Below, one piece after another: positions 13,056-28,426 of a stretch of DNA of 64,000 nt. Source of the DNA: Macrostomum lignano (lineage: Eukaryota). The stretch is taken from positions 146,985 through 210,984 of the forward strand of contig NIVC01000476.1 in the NCBI GenBank assembly GCA_002269645.1, written 5' to 3'. Under the pieces are notes generated by a model. That model was not told the origin of the DNA and made no database searches. It worked only from the letters and a program-made list of their open reading frames with translations. The translations under genes and the position numbers were made by a program. Position 1 is the first letter of the stretch. Each line of letters begins with the position of its first letter.

Positions 13056-13627
13056 CCAGCACATTACTAAAACTAATATCCGATTCAGTCAGTATTTTAT
13101 CAAGGACGATCAAAGTAGTGTATATATTAAGTAGTCCTTGTATTTATGTGAAATATTTTTATAATTCTATAAGACTGCCTTCTGATCCCAGGTGTCTGAC
13201 TGCATCTCTGCCCAAATATAGTTCTTGATTACACTACACTATTGACTTTCTATTGTATTATGTATGCCTATTGCAATGGCTCTGAATGCATTGTGAACAT
13301 GTGCACCAGTTTCCCAATGCACTCCTCGCATCTCCCTCATCTCCAGCCTGGCATGTCATTACCTGCTCCATCTCTTCCCTCCCGCTTTCCCAATTATTCT
13401 GTGTCAATCATGCGTCACAGGGTGTCTGCCATGCTGAGCGCAAAGGCAATTCTGTACACCAAAGAAAGCTACTCACTGCTCCAGGGCCGCCAGCCTTGAG
13501 TTAAATTTAGATCTGCTGTAGAGAAGTGCATTTTTAGTGGATTTTTTTCAACTAAAAGCAACTTAAAGTCTGCGGAGCCTGCTTGAAAATCTATGCTCAA
13601 TACACTGTCCATCTGCATCTATAAGTT

Positions 13628-14150
13628 CCCCTAATCATCCCTAATCAGTTCCCCTAATCAGTTCCTCTAATCAGTTCCCCTAATTACCCATAATCAGTTC
13701 CCTTAATCACCCCTAATCAGTTCCCCTAATCATCCCTAATCAGTTCCCCTAATCAGTTCCTCTAATCAGTTCCCCTAATCACCTCCTATTAGGGGGAATT
13801 TCCTCCTATGTGCAGTTCCCCTTATCAGTTCCCCTTATCAGTTCCCCTAATCATTTCCCTAATCAGTTCCCCTAATCATTTCCCTAATCAGTTCCTCTAA
13901 TCAGTTCCTCTTATCTGCAGTTCCCCTTATTAGTTTCCCTAATCAGTTCCCCTAATCAGTTCCCCTAATCAGTTCCCCTAACCAGTTCCCCTAATCAGTT
14001 CCCCTAATCAGTTCCCCTTATCAGTTCCCCTAATCAGTTCCCCTAATCAGTTCCCCTTATCAGTTCCCCTAATCAGTTCCCCTAATCAGTTCCCCTTATC
14101 AGTTTCCCTAATCAGTTCCCCTAATCAGTTCCCCTAATCGTTCCCCAAAT
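13628..14150. repeat. 13-bp minisatellite (cagttcccctaat)
   Basis: Seen directly. Confidence 0.92.
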
Positions 14151-14807
14151 CAGTCCCAATAACCTAGCTACAGCGGAAGCTATCAGAACTGCTCAACTGA
14201 GTTTTGCAACCGCCATTGAGCAGGTTAGGCTGGTGCAAGAACTGCCAGTCTGCCTCTCTGGCAGAAATGCCTGCATAAAACAGCCTCAGTTGTCCACCAG
14301 CGCAGCAGGGAGTCGGCAATCGCCACCCCCACTGCAGGCTGCAGTTGAACTCTACGAAATCTATTGCAATTCTCATGAAACAGCTCAGTAATAATAATTC
14401 AGTTTTCCAAGCCAAAAATCCCAATTTAATCCAATCATGGGCTTTGACAGAGAGCCACTCTCCATTTCCGTTGCTTGTCCCTCTCTGCTGCGTTCCCCTT
14501 TCTCTCTCTCTCTCTCTCCATTGTCTCCCCGCTCTCTCCGCCAGCGTCTCTTCCCAATGCTTTCTTGTTATAAATTCAGCAGCCATTTGTAACAGAAGCG
14601 TCGAGGCAACAACGGAAGGCAGAAGAGGCCCCGCAGCAATCTGAATCAAAACTGAAGTCAAAGCAGGAAAAACGAAGAACTCCAGGTGAGCCGGACAGCT
14701 GCAGGTAGATGTAGAGGTGCTGGACAGAAAATTAATGGCTTAAATCTAATAGACTCTCCAGATACAGTTGCATCAACAAAGACAAATCCTCTAGTACTAA
14801 CACAAAT

Positions 14808-15488
14808 CGACAGACACAATGAGTAAATCTACAGACACAATGAGTAACTCTACAGACACAGTGAGTAAATCTACAGTCACAGTGAGTAAATCTACAGACA
14901 CAGTGAGTAAATCTACAGGCACAATGAGCAAATCTACAGGCACAATGAGCAAATCTACAGGCACAATGAATAAATCTACAGGCACAATGAGCAAATCTAC
15001 AGGCACAATGAGTAAATCTGTAGACACAATGAGTAAATCTACAGGCACAATGAGCAAATCTACAGGCACAATGAGTAAATCTGCAGACACAATGAGTAAA
15101 TCTGCAGACACAATGAGTAAATCTACAGACACAGTGAGTAAATCTACAGACACAGTGAGTAAATCTACAGACACAATGAGTAAATCTACAGTCACAATGA
15201 GCAAATCTACAGTCACAATGAGCAAATCTACAGGCACAATGAGCAAATCTACAGGCACAATGAGTAAATCTACAGACACAATGAGTAAATCTACAGACAC
15301 AATGAGTAAATCTACAGACACAATGAGTAAATCTACAGACACAGTGAGTAAATCTACAGACACAGTGAGTAAATCTACAGGCACAGTGAGTAAATCTACA
15401 GGCACAGTGAGTAAATCTACAGACACAGTGAGTAAATCTACAGGCACAGTGAGTAAATCTACAGGCACAGTGAGTAAATCTACAGACA
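14808..15488. repeat. 21-bp minisatellite (gagtaaatctacagacacaat), probably in a 5' UTR intron of the GT32 gene
   Basis: Tandem units; upstream donor-like ctccag|gtgagc at ~14686. Confidence 0.92.
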
Positions 15489-15580
15489 CATCAAGCCGGT
15501 GCTCCACCAGAATCCGCCACGCCCTCCCCATCCCCCACCGCAGGCGCTCCTGCAGTGACCGCGCGCCCCCCGCCGCCGAC

Positions 15581-17164
15581 ATGCGCCTCTTCCGCTGCCT
15601 GCGCCGCGGCTCGGGCTGCTCTCCTCTGCCCTCAGTGCTGCTGCTGCTGCTGCTGTTGCTATTCGTGTACTCGGTCGGCCGGGGCTGGATCTACTTCACC
15701 TGGGAGGAGCCGGCCTGGCTGCAGCTCACCGGAGACCCCCAAATTGACGCGAGAATCCGCCAGCTGGCCGCAGCAAGCCGGCCTCGCCGACTGAATTTGA
15801 GCAGCCGATGCGACGGCCGGATACCGCTGCTGCTGCACCAGATCTACACCAGCGACAGCGTGCCAGAGCTGTACAGGCACTCCATCGCCTCCTGCATTCG
15901 TCGGCATCCGGACTTTGTCTACGTGCTCTGGACAGATCCTGAGGCGAGAAGATTTGTAGCGGCGAACTACCCGGCCTACCTGGCCATGTTCGACGGATAC
16001 AAGAACACCTTGCAGAGATCCGATGCCCTGCGCTACTTCATTCTGTACCACTTTGGAGGTGACGGCACTTAATTCTAGGGCTGACAGCTTCCTGTACCCA
16101 CAAGGGATTTCCTACAGGGGATTTCCCGCAATGGATTTCCCGCAAGGAGTTTCCCCAGGAGATTTCCCACAAGGAATTTCCCGCAAGGGGTTTCCCGCAA
16201 GGGGTTTCCCGCAAGGGGTTTCCCGCAAGGGGTTTCCCGCAAGGGGTTTCCCGCAAGGGGTTTCCCGCAAGGGGTTTCCCGCAAGGGGTTTCCCGCAAGG
16301 GGTTTCCCGCAAGGGGTTTCCCGCAAGGGGTTTCCCGCAAGGGGTTTCCCGCAAGGGGTTTCCCGCAAGGAGTTTCCCGCAAGGGGTTTCCCGCAAGGGG
16401 TTTCCCGCAAGGGGTTTCCCGCAAGGGGTTTCCCGCAAGGGGTTTCCCGCAAGGGGTTTCCCGCAAGGGGTTTCCCGCAAGGGGTTTCCCGCAAGGGGTT
16501 TCCCGCAAGGGGTTTCCCGCAAGGGGTTTCCCGCAAGGGGTTTCCCGCAAGGGGTTTCCCGCAAGGGGTTTCCCGCAAGGGGTTTCCCGCAAGGGGTTTC
16601 CCGCAAGGGGTTTCCCGCAAGGGGTTTCCCGCAAGGGGTTTCCCGCAAGGGGTTTCCCGCAAGGGGTTTCCCGCAAGGGGTTTCCCGCAAGGGGTTTCCC
16701 GCAAGGGGTTTCCCGCAAGGGGTTTCCCGCAAGGGGTTTCCCGCAAGGGGTTTCCCGCAAGGGGTTTCCAGAAGGGTTTTTTACCAATGGGATTTCCCGC
16801 ATGGTATTTCCCGCATGGTATTTCCCGCATGGTATTTCCCGCATGGTATTTCCCGCATGGTATTTCCCGTAAGGGGTTTCCCACAGGAATCTTGTTCCTC
16901 CAGGATCCTACAGTCAGGGTTTTTAGAGGGGCTGACCCCGCAGGGATTTTCCGCAGGATATTTCCCAATAGGGATTTATCAAAAATATATCCCACAGGGG
17001 ATTTCCATAGGGATTTCCCTCAGGTTATTGTTAGAGATGATTTCTACAGGGATTTTCCATAGAAGACTTTAACTTGGATCTTCCTATAGCAATTTATTTT
17101 GGCAAGAATTTCCTAAGAGTCCATTTTGCTGCGGCACCAATTATTCCTGGAAATCATAAACTCT

Positions 17165-17224
<60 letters not shown>

Positions 17225-19116
17225 GAATTGCCACCTTCAACTGTCGCACATAAACTCTACTTTAGCCGTAGTATTTGAATCAAGATTTCATTGCATTGGA
17301 CAACGGGATGGAATATCTCCAGCAACAAAAAATATTGCTGAAAGAGAAAAAGCCAGGAAAAATTTCCTGAAAGTCTGAAATTTCTCAGCTATTAATGTCC
17401 TGCAGCCCCCCAGCCCTGCCATCTCTGGGCCACTGCAGCTAAATGGGGGCCTGCTTCTCTCGACGCATGAAATATTGATGCGAAATATTTTTTCTCATCC
17501 GCAGCAGCATATGGAAGGGGAAAAATTGAGGTGGAAGAAATCCCAAACTATTGTTCCAGAGAGGCTGCTTGCTCCAAAACAATGGCATGCATAAAAACTG
17601 CTTGTTGTAGCGGCCATAAATCTAAGTATCAACATTCTATTATAATATTTGGAATGTACATCTCTTAGTGGGTAATGTTTGAATGTACATCTCTAGTGTG
17701 TAATTTTTGGAATGTACATCTCTAGTGAGCAGTGACTCACTCCCTAACAACACCGTCAACAGGAGTGTACATCGACATGGATGTACACTGCCTTCAACCG
17801 TTCGACACTCTGGTGGCAACAGAGGCCTGCTTCTTCGATCAGGAGCGCCCAGAGCAGACTCAAATCCTTCACGGCACTGAGTACTCGGTGATGAACTCGG
17901 TCATTGGCTGCGTCAAAAAGCACCCGTTTCTAGCAAAAGTGATTCAGAATTTACCACGAAAGAAGGACGGTAAGTAATGAAATAGCTTTTGAAGTGCTAG
18001 CTGAGATATACCTCAGTGGACTGAGAGACTGTCAAATGTTCACCTTGGCTTCTCGTTCACCAGTTGATGACATAATCAGTTCAACGGGTCCTCTCTACCT
18101 GACACAGCAGTACCAGCAGTACATTGCTGAGGTGCCAAAATTGGGGAGTCAGCGACTGCGACTACTGAGCCCGAGTGTGTTTTCACCTCTGCTGGACATG
18201 TCTGCACTTCTGAACTCCGTCTGCGGTAAGTGCTAAAGCCCATTAATTAACTACTACAGTAAAACAAAACAACAATAATCGTATGTAATCGCCGCGCTTT
18301 GCCCAGAGTCTAAAAATCGCGTACATTGACACCGCACAGTCAGAGATTGATCCACTTTGGCCAGAGTCTAAAAATAGCTCGCGTACATTGACACCGCACA
18401 GTCAGGGATTGATCCACTTTGGCCAGAGTCTAAAAATAGCTCGCGTACATTGACACCGCACAGTCAGAGATTGATCCACTTTGGCCAGAGTCTAAAAATA
18501 GCTCGCGTACATTGACACCGCACAGTCAGAGATTGATCCACTCTGCCCATAGTCTAAAAATAGCTCGGGTACATCAAGACTAACGCACATTACGGATCTA
18601 AAAATAGCACAGCAGATTGAAAGCTGATTTCTTAATGGTTTATTTGATAATGAAAAGAGGGCACTGTGTACATGTACTTCATAGAATTTTTTATTTGACT
18701 TTTATCTCGCCACTGTTTTTTCATCCAATAAAGAACGCCTGCTGAATCCGACAAAAAGACCGGCGGTATTCCACAGACTGTATCGCCTTCGACAGCACTA
18801 CCAGCCTCGGGAACTGAATGACAGGCCGTCAGGCTTTGAAGATCCCATATCTTTGAAGTTGACCGCCTGTAAAAAGTTCAGCCAGTCTGGCTACAGTCAG
18901 CAGGCGGACCGGTGGCTAACCATCGAGACCCTAGGAATTCACCGGTTCCTTCACCTGGGCTACCCGGCGGCAGCTAACCGGGACCGGCGCCGGCCATTGA
19001 AAAGATTCCAAGTTGGCGAACTGCTGCACGGCCGCCCAAATAATGGGGGCGCCGGACCGCTGGCGCCATCGGACCTGGAGGCCGCGCCGCTTGCTGCCAA
19101 AATGTGCTTCGCTTGA
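15581..19116 (+). CDS. Type II membrane GT32/DxD sugar-binding glycosyltransferase (SUR1/CSH1/Och1-like); exons 15581-16058, 17763-17969, 18064-18225, 18734-19116
   Basis: N-terminal hydrophobic anchor, then IPLLLHQIY (cf. IPKIIHQ), YVLWTD, QRSDALRYFILYHFGG/VYIDMDV, MNSVIG, SSTGPLYLT and GIHRFLH. All three introns are GT-AG, phase 1, and keep the frame. Confidence 0.9.
16125..16880. repeat. 15-bp minisatellite (gcaaggggtttcccc-like) in GT32 intron 1
   Basis: Seen directly; near-perfect core. Confidence 0.97.
17165..17224. repeat. (CAA)n microsatellite
   Basis: Seen directly. Confidence 0.95.
18300..18590. repeat. ~62-bp tandem repeat (4-5 copies) in GT32 intron 3
   Basis: Units begin near 18300, 18360, 18421, 18483 and 18545. 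Confidence 0.9.
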
Positions 19117-20570
19117 CTGGGCTGCGATGGGGGGTGCGTGACTGCTGGCTGCGATGGGGGTGGGTGACTGCTGGCTGCGATAGGGGGTGGGTGACTGCTG
19201 GCTGCGATAGGGGGTGGGTGACTGCTGGCTGCGATGGGGGTGGGTGACTGCTGGCTGCGATGGGGGGGTGGGTGACTGCTGGCTGCGATGGGGGTGCGTG
19301 ACTGCTGGCTGCGATGGGGGTGGGTGACTGCTGGCTGCGATGGGGGGGGGTGGGTGACTGCTGGCTGCGATGGGGGTGCGTGACTGCTGGCTGCGATGGG
19401 GGGTGCGTGACTGCTTGCTGCGATGGGGGTGGGTGACTGCTGGCTGCGATAGGGGGTGGGTGACTGCTGGCTGCGATGGGGGTGGGTGACTGCTGGCTGC
19501 GATGGGGGTGGGTGACTGCTGGCTGCGATGGGGGGTGGGTGACTGCTGGCTGCGATGGGGTGCGTGACTGCTGGCTGCGATGGGGGTGGGTGACTGCTGG
19601 CTGCGATGGGGGGGGGGGTGGGTGACTGCTGGCTGCGATGGGGGTGCGTGACTGCTGGCTGCGATGGGGGTGGGTGACTGCTGGCTGCGATAGGGGTGGG
19701 TGACTGCTGGCTGCGATGGGGGTGGGTGACTGCTGGCTGCGATGGGGGTGGGTGACTGCTGGCTGCGATGGGGGGGGGTGGGTGACTGCTGGCTGCGATG
19801 GGGGTGCGTGACTGCTGGCTGCGATGGGGTGGGTGACTGCTGGCTGCGATGGGGGGGGTGGGTGACTGCTGGCTGCGATGGGGGTGCGTGACTGCTGGCT
19901 GCGATGGGGGGTGCGTGACTGCTTGCTGCGATAGGGGGTGGGTGACTGCTGGCTGCGATAGGGGGTGGGTGACTGCTGGCTGCGATGGGGGTGGGTGACT
20001 GCTGGCTGCGATGGGGGTGGGTGACTGCTGGCTGCGATGGGGGGTGGGTGACTGCTGGCTGCGATGGGGGTGCGTGACTGCTGGCTGCGATGGGGGTGGG
20101 TGACTGCTGGCTGCGATGGGGGGGGTGGGTGACTGCTGGCTGCGATGGGGGTGCGTGACTGCTGGCTGCGATGGGGGGTGGGTGACTGCTGGCTGCGATA
20201 GGGGGTGGGTGACTGCTGGCTGCGATGGGGTGGGTGACTGCTGGCTGCGATGGGGGTGGGTGACTGCTGGCTGCGATAGGGGTGGGTGACTGCTGGCTGC
20301 GATAGGGGGTGGGTGACTGCTGGCTGCGATGGGGTGGGTGACTGCTGGCTGCGATGGGGTGGGTGACTGCTTGCTGCGATGGGGGTGGGTGACTGCTGGC
20401 TGCGATGGGGGTGGGGTGGGTAACTGCTGGCTGCGATGGGGGGTGGGTGACTGCTGGCTGCGATGGGGGGTGGGTGACTGCTGGCTGCGATGAGGGGTGC
20501 GTGACTGCTGGCTGCGATGGGGGGTGCGTGACTGCTGGCTGCGATGGGGGGTGGGTGACTGCTGGCTGCC
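19117..20570. repeat. G-rich ~23-26-bp minisatellite (gactgctggctgcgatgggggtgggt)
   Basis: Starts at the GT32 stop codon; variable-length G runs. Confidence 0.95.
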
Positions 20571-21923
20571 GCTAAGCAGGTCTGCCCCTACATGTATGGG
20601 AGAGGGTTAAGTGCCTGACTGTGGTGAAGGAATCGCCTGTTACTGATGTACATGATCTTAGAAGTGGTGCTTCGAATTTTAGTTTGCAAACTGATTGTAT
20701 GGACTTGTGTAGGGCTGATTCGAAACGTGCTTCTTTTTCACTCAGAACTCTGAATTAGTTTTAATGCTTTTTTATGTTTTTTAGTGCTGATAGAAGTTTA
20801 AAAGACACAAAAATGGCTCTGCTTTGCACATGTTTTATTAAAAAATTCAACAGGGTTGGTGTTCAAATGAAACTTTTATCTGCTAAGCTATGTCTACTAT
20901 ATTGCCTTAATAAATTTTTGAATTATTTTAATTTTCATTAATTTGTTTTACTTTCTCTGCAAAATAAAAATTAAATAATCTGCGAAGCGACACTCAATGG
21001 GTGAGCAGATTAATAATTGTTTTTAATTCCTTCAAGTGACTTATATATAGTCCTTTGTTACGTTTTCCGAATGTGTATTTCTTTACATATTTTACGCAGG
21101 ACAGACACGGGAACAGCAGCTGAATGAAATATAAGAGCACAAAAGTTGGTCCAGATTAAAACTTCGACTACAGAATTATAATACATTAGCATAATCTAAA
21201 AGTTAAGACTATTGATCAACTCTTTTCGGCGCTAACATTCCAGTACGAGCTAGTGTCAGCACATCACATTTTATGAGTCAGGCATTCTGTACACAAGAGA
21301 GAATAACAAGCAAGCAATAAATAATGGGCAGTAGGCTAACAGACTAAAATCACAGATACTAGAATAACTAGATGGGCCACTCAGCACATTTGCGTGTAAA
21401 CTACTTTCAGTTCAGTAGCTAGTTTAGCAGAAGCATTCTAATCTATTTTTAAAGCCAAGACTCATTTATTGGCTCTAACCCCCCCCCCCCTCCGGCTTAA
21501 ACCCTCCAACTGCGCCTTTCCACTCTACCCCCCCACCCCGCCGCCCCGCTCGAATTTTTATTGCCTTTCTCGGAATTCCAGCCTAAAGCTGCCATGTACA
21601 TTTCAGTGGACTGGCTAATGTACATTATTGCTGAACCAATTAGCAAGTTGTTTGTGCCTGCAAGCTTGGGCTTCTAAACTTTATCAGTCGTTATTTTTAT
21701 ATAACAGCTAATGTATTCTTCTTTGCTATTGAACTGAAAGTAGAAATCTGTTTTACAAAGTACATATACCTGAGTGGCCCATCTATTTTAGTATCTAGAA
21801 TCCATGCAAACAGACAATAATTAGGCTGCAAGCTTTCCACATTTAAAAGTTTCATTGGTCAACAATTTGCGTGTGCAGCTGCTACACGACATCAACGGAG
21901 CCCCATCGCTCATCTTCCCCTTT

Positions 21924-24074
<2,151 letters not shown>

Positions 24075-24229
24075 TGTTTTGGCTTTGGTTGTGGAAGATT
24101 CTGTCAGACAAAGATCGTAGGGGCCTCAGGTGAAGACTGCAAGATTAAATAGGAAACGAAAAACGAAAAAAACAGTCGCGTTGCCTTACTGGGAGAATTG
24201 GAAATCCCTGTTAGCCAGGGAACTTCCCT

Positions 24230-24236
24230 TTTTATA
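24230..24236 (-). promoter_or_regulatory. TATA box of TNF-like 1
   Basis: TATAAAA on the minus strand ~160 bp upstream of the ATG, followed by a probable short 5' UTR intron (~24190-24138). Confidence 0.6.
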
Positions 24237-24799
24237 CTGTTTGGCAGATGGGGCTTCTCTTTCTCTGCCCTCTCTCTCTCCCTCTCTCTCCCTACTCTCC
24301 AGTGTACTGCGCAGCTGCGCACAAGCACTCGGCAGTGTACACTGAGTCCTGTGCATAAAAAATGCATTTGCCACATTGTGCGTGCTTTTCTACAACACAA
24401 GGGACTGATAAACTAACAAGGATGTTGAGAAAATAGGACTGAAGCAGCCAGGTGATAAGCATTTGCCAGAGAGCGAACTTCTGAGTCATGTTTGCGAATT
24501 ACCACTCATCGAAAGCACACAACCTTATTGCAGTCATTGAAAGGTTGTTTTATCAGTGCTTTATTATCTTTTAAACTTGACTGGGGTGGTCACAAGGTGT
24601 TTTAAAACAAGGTTATGACTGGAATAAGTGCAGCGTTTGTCTGCGGTTTTTAGAATCCGGAATGACCTGCTATGACTAAATTTAACACAAATGCATACTA
24701 TTTTTGGAAATGCTTCAATTTGGCTACAGGAAGTTAAAGCAGCCAAATGCGACCTCCAGAGGCTGTCCTTAGATTACTGTTTCTACTGCATGTCATGTA

Positions 24800-27100
24800 T
24801 CTGTCCTAGTGTCTTAGTGTCTGTCCTAGTATCTTAGTGTCTTAGTGTCTGTCCTAGTGTCTTAGTGTCTGTCCTAGTGTCTTAGTGTCTGTCCTAGTGT
24901 CTTAGTGTCTGTCCTAGTATCTTAGTGTCTGTCCTAGTATCTTAGTGTCTTAGTGTCTGTCCTAGTGTCTTAGTGTCTGTCCTAGTGTCTTAGTGTCTTA
25001 GTGTCTGTCCTAGTGTCTTAGTGTCTGTCCTAGTGTCTTAGTGTCTGTCCTAGTGTCTTAGTGTCTGTCCTAGTGTCTTAGTGTCTGTCCTAGTGTCTTA
25101 GTGTCTGTCCTAGTATCTTAGTGTCTTAGTGTCTGTCCTAGTATCTTAGTGTCTTAGTGTCTGTCCTAGTGTCTTAGTGTCTGTCCTAGTGTCTTAGTGT
25201 CTGTCCTAGTGTCTTAGTGTCTTAGTGTCTGTCCTAGTGTCTTAGTGTCTTAGTGTCTGTCCTAGTGTCTTAGTGTCTTAGTGTCTGTCCTAGTATCTTA
25301 GTGTCTTAGTGTCTGTCCTAGTGTCTTAGTGTCTGTCCTAGTGTCTTAGTGTCTGTCCTAGTGTCTTAGTGTCTTAGTGTCTGTCCTAGTGTCTTAGTGT
25401 CTTAGTGTCTGTCCTAGTATCTTAGTGTCTTAGTGTCTGTCCTAGTGTCTTAGTGTCTTAGTGTCTGTCCTAGTGTCTTAGTGTCTTAGTGTCTGTCCTA
25501 GTATCTTAGTGTCTTAGTGTCTGTCCTAGTGTCTTAGTGTCTGTCCTAGTGTCTTAGTGTCTGTCCTAGTGTCTTAGTGTCTTAGTGTCTGTCCTAGTGT
25601 CTTAGTGTCTTAGTGTCTGTCCTAGTATCTTAGTGTCTTAGTGTCTGTCCTAGTGTCTTAGTGTCTGTCCTAGTGTCTTAGTGTCTGTCCTAGTGTCTTA
25701 GTGTCTGTCCTAGTGTCTTAGTGTCTTAGTGTCTGTCCTAGTGTCTTAGTGTCTTAGTGTCTGTCCTAGTATCTTAGTGTCTTAGTGTCTGTCCTAGTGT
25801 CTTAGTGTCTTAGTGTCTGTCCTAGTGTCTTAGTGTCTTAGTGTCTGTCCTAGTATCTTAGTGTCTTAGTGTCTGTCCTAGTGTCTTAGTGTCTGTCCTA
25901 GTGTCTTAGTGTCTGTCCTAGTGTCTTAGTGTCTTAGTGTCTGTCCTAGTGTCTTAGTGTCTTAGTGTCTGTCCTAGTATCTTAGTGTCTTAGTGTCTGT
26001 CCTAGTGTCTTAGTGTCTGTCCTAGTGTCTTAGTGTCTGTCCTAGTGTCTTAGTGTCTTAGTGTCTGTCCTAGTATCTTAGTGTCTTAGTGTCTGTCCTA
26101 GTGTCTTAGTGTCTGTCCTAGTGTCTTAGTGTCTGTCCTAGTATCTTAGTGTCTGTCCTAGTGTCTTAGTGTCTGTCCTAGTATCTTAGTGTCTTAGTGT
26201 CTTAGTGTCTGTCCTAGTATCTTAGTGTCTTAGTGTCTGTCCTAGTGTCTTAGTGTCTGTCCTAGTGTCTTAGTGTCTGTCCTAGTATCTTAGTGTCTGT
26301 CCTAGTATCTTAGTGTCTGTCCTAGTATCTTAGTGTCTTAGTGTCTGTCCTAGTGTCTTAGTGTCTGTCCTAGTGTCTTAGTGTCTGTCCTAGTATCTTA
26401 GTGTCTGTCCTAGTATCTTAGTGTCTTAGTGTCTGTCCTAGTGTCTTAGTGTCTGTCCTAGTGTCTTAGTGTCTGTCCTAGTGTCTTAGTGTCTGTCCTA
26501 GTGTCTTAGTGTCTGTCCTAGTATCTTAGTGTCTGTCCTAGTGTCTTAGTGTCTGTCCTAGTGTCTTAGTGTCTGTCCTAGTATCTTAGTGTCTTAGTGT
26601 CTGTCCTAGTGTCTTAGTGTCTGTCCTAGTGTCTTAGTGTCTGTCCTAGTGTCTTAGTGTCTGTCCTAGTGTCTTAGTGTCTGTCCTAGTATCTTAGTGT
26701 CTGTCCTAGTGTCTTAGTGTCTGTCCTAGTGTCTTAGTGTCTGTCCTAGTATCTTAGTGTCTTAGTGTCTGTCCTAGTGTCTTAGTGTCTGTCCTAGTGT
26801 CTTAGTGTCTGTCCTAGTGTCTTAGTGTCTGTCCTAGTATCTTAGTGTCTTAGTGTCTGTCCTAGTGTCTTAGTGTCTGTCCTAGTGTCTTAGTGTCTGT
26901 CCTAGTGTCTTAGTGTCTGTCCTAGTGTCTTAGTGTCTGTCCTAGTGTCTTAGTGTCTTAGTGTCTGTCCTAGTGTCTTAGTGTCTGTCCTAGTGTCTTA
27001 GTGTCTGTCCTAGTATCTTAGTGTCTTAGTGTCTGTCCTAGTATCTTAGTGTCTGTCCTAGTGTCTTAGTGTCTGTCCTAGTGTCTTAGTGTCTGTCCTA
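24800..27100. repeat. 2.3-kb composite satellite of 8-mer (gtgtctta) and 12-mer (gtgtctgtccta)
   Basis: Seen directly; degenerates into gtgtgtctta/gtgtgtctca sequence to ~27330. Confidence 0.97.
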
Positions 27101-27699
27101 GGGTCTTGATGTCTGTTCTAGTGTCTATCTTAGTATGTGTCTTCTTGTGTGTCTTAGTGTGTGTCCTAGTGTCTGTCTTAGTGTTCGTTTCAGTCTATTT
27201 ATTAGCGTCTATCTTAGTGTGTGTCTTAGTGTGCATCTTAGTATGTGTGTTAGTATGTGTCCTAGTGTATGTAGTGAGTGTCTTCGTGTGTGTCTCTGAG
27301 TGAATCTCAGTGTGTGTCTCAGTATCTGTCCTGGACCTTTCTCTCTACCCCCGTGCCCGCACTCCGCTTGTGCACCCCATTCGTGTCTCACTGACATTGT
27401 TAAACTGTATGACGCATAGTCCGCGTGTTTCGCTAGCACAAGTTTTCCTGGCCAAGAACTGGGCCGCCAATTTCCGAGGCATTCTGCTACTGTTTCCCTT
27501 CGCGTCGTTAAACCGCATCCGGAATATCAGAGAGTGCAGATTGCGTTCATGGCTGAATTCTCGGGCCGTTTTCCGGTTAAAATATGAAATTAATACGATT
27601 TGAACTTCTTGGTAAAGGCACTGGCGTAACCTGTAATTATATTTTACAACTTTTATAACAAGTTAGGTTCTTAGGGTAGCGCAACACCTTGTGAAGGGT

Positions 27700-28038
27700 C
27701 AGGGGAGGGTAGCGGCATCCAGTGAAGGATCAGGGGAGGGTAGCAGCATCCAGTGAAGGATCAGGGAAGGGTAGCGGCATCCAGTGAAGGATCAGGGGAG
27801 GGTAGCAGCATCCAGTGAAGGATCAGGGGAGGGTAGCGGCATCCAGTGAAGGATCAGGGAAGGGTAGCGGCATCCAGTGAAGGATCAGGGAAGGGTAGCG
27901 GCATCCAGTGAAGGATCAGGGAAGGGTAGCGGCATCCAGTGAAGGATCAGGGGAGGGTAGCGGCATCCAGTGAAGGATCAGGGAAGGGTAGCGGCATCCA
28001 GTGAAGGATCAGGGAAGGGTAGCGGCATCCAGTGAAGG
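27700..28038. repeat. 31-bp minisatellite (cagtgaaggatcaggggagggtagcggcatc)
   Basis: Period 31 (27720, 27751, 27782, 27813...). Confidence 0.95.
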
Positions 28039-28349
28039 TTTAGAGTGGCCTCCAAATTTTCTCCAAAAAATAGTTAAATTATTAAAGCTGTACAGCTGAG
28101 CTCAGTGTGTGGTCACTCAACATTCGAGGATGGTTACGCCATGCAGGAAGCAGAAATAACTTAATTTCTTAGTTCATCAACTAAGCCACCTCGTGGGTGG
28201 CGGGCGGACGCCCACCTAAACTAAACAACACGTGTGGTTTTTTTAATCTAAATCCGTTCTATTTTTAGAATTTTACACACATTCAATTCAGACCGCGATT
28301 CCAACTGTCTTGCAGACCAAGTGCATCACTGGGTTCGCAGCAATCTGTG

Positions 28350-28356
28350 TATAAAT
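28350..28356 (+). promoter_or_regulatory. TATA box of TNF-like 2
   Basis: TATAAAT 77 bp upstream of ATG 28427. Confidence 0.65.
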
Positions 28357-28426
28357 ACCTGCAAAAGTTTTTAGCATTGCTGCTTTAAACCTTCCACAAA
28401 GTTCAGCCGCCAGAGTCAGCATCATC

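Noticed and set aside
14170-14395. Open frame after an AG (TAEAIRTAQLSF...ETAQ-stop), a possible terminal exon
   Set aside because: No convincing upstream exon or homology; too weak to call.
14819-15580. Long ORFs built of repeats (MSKSTGT, RETPCGKPLAG, IYLS, VCLN, VISQFINISTI, poly-T/S, SSPLL, HPPQSTAS and similar)
   Set aside because: They are translations of micro/minisatellites lying in introns or intergenic DNA; only the non-repeat part of 14819..16072 (from ATG 15581) is coding.
16125-16880. Array of kappaB consensus sites (GGGGTTTCCC) in the GT32 intron
   Set aside because: A by-product of one minisatellite unit among dozens; nothing supports a regulatory role.
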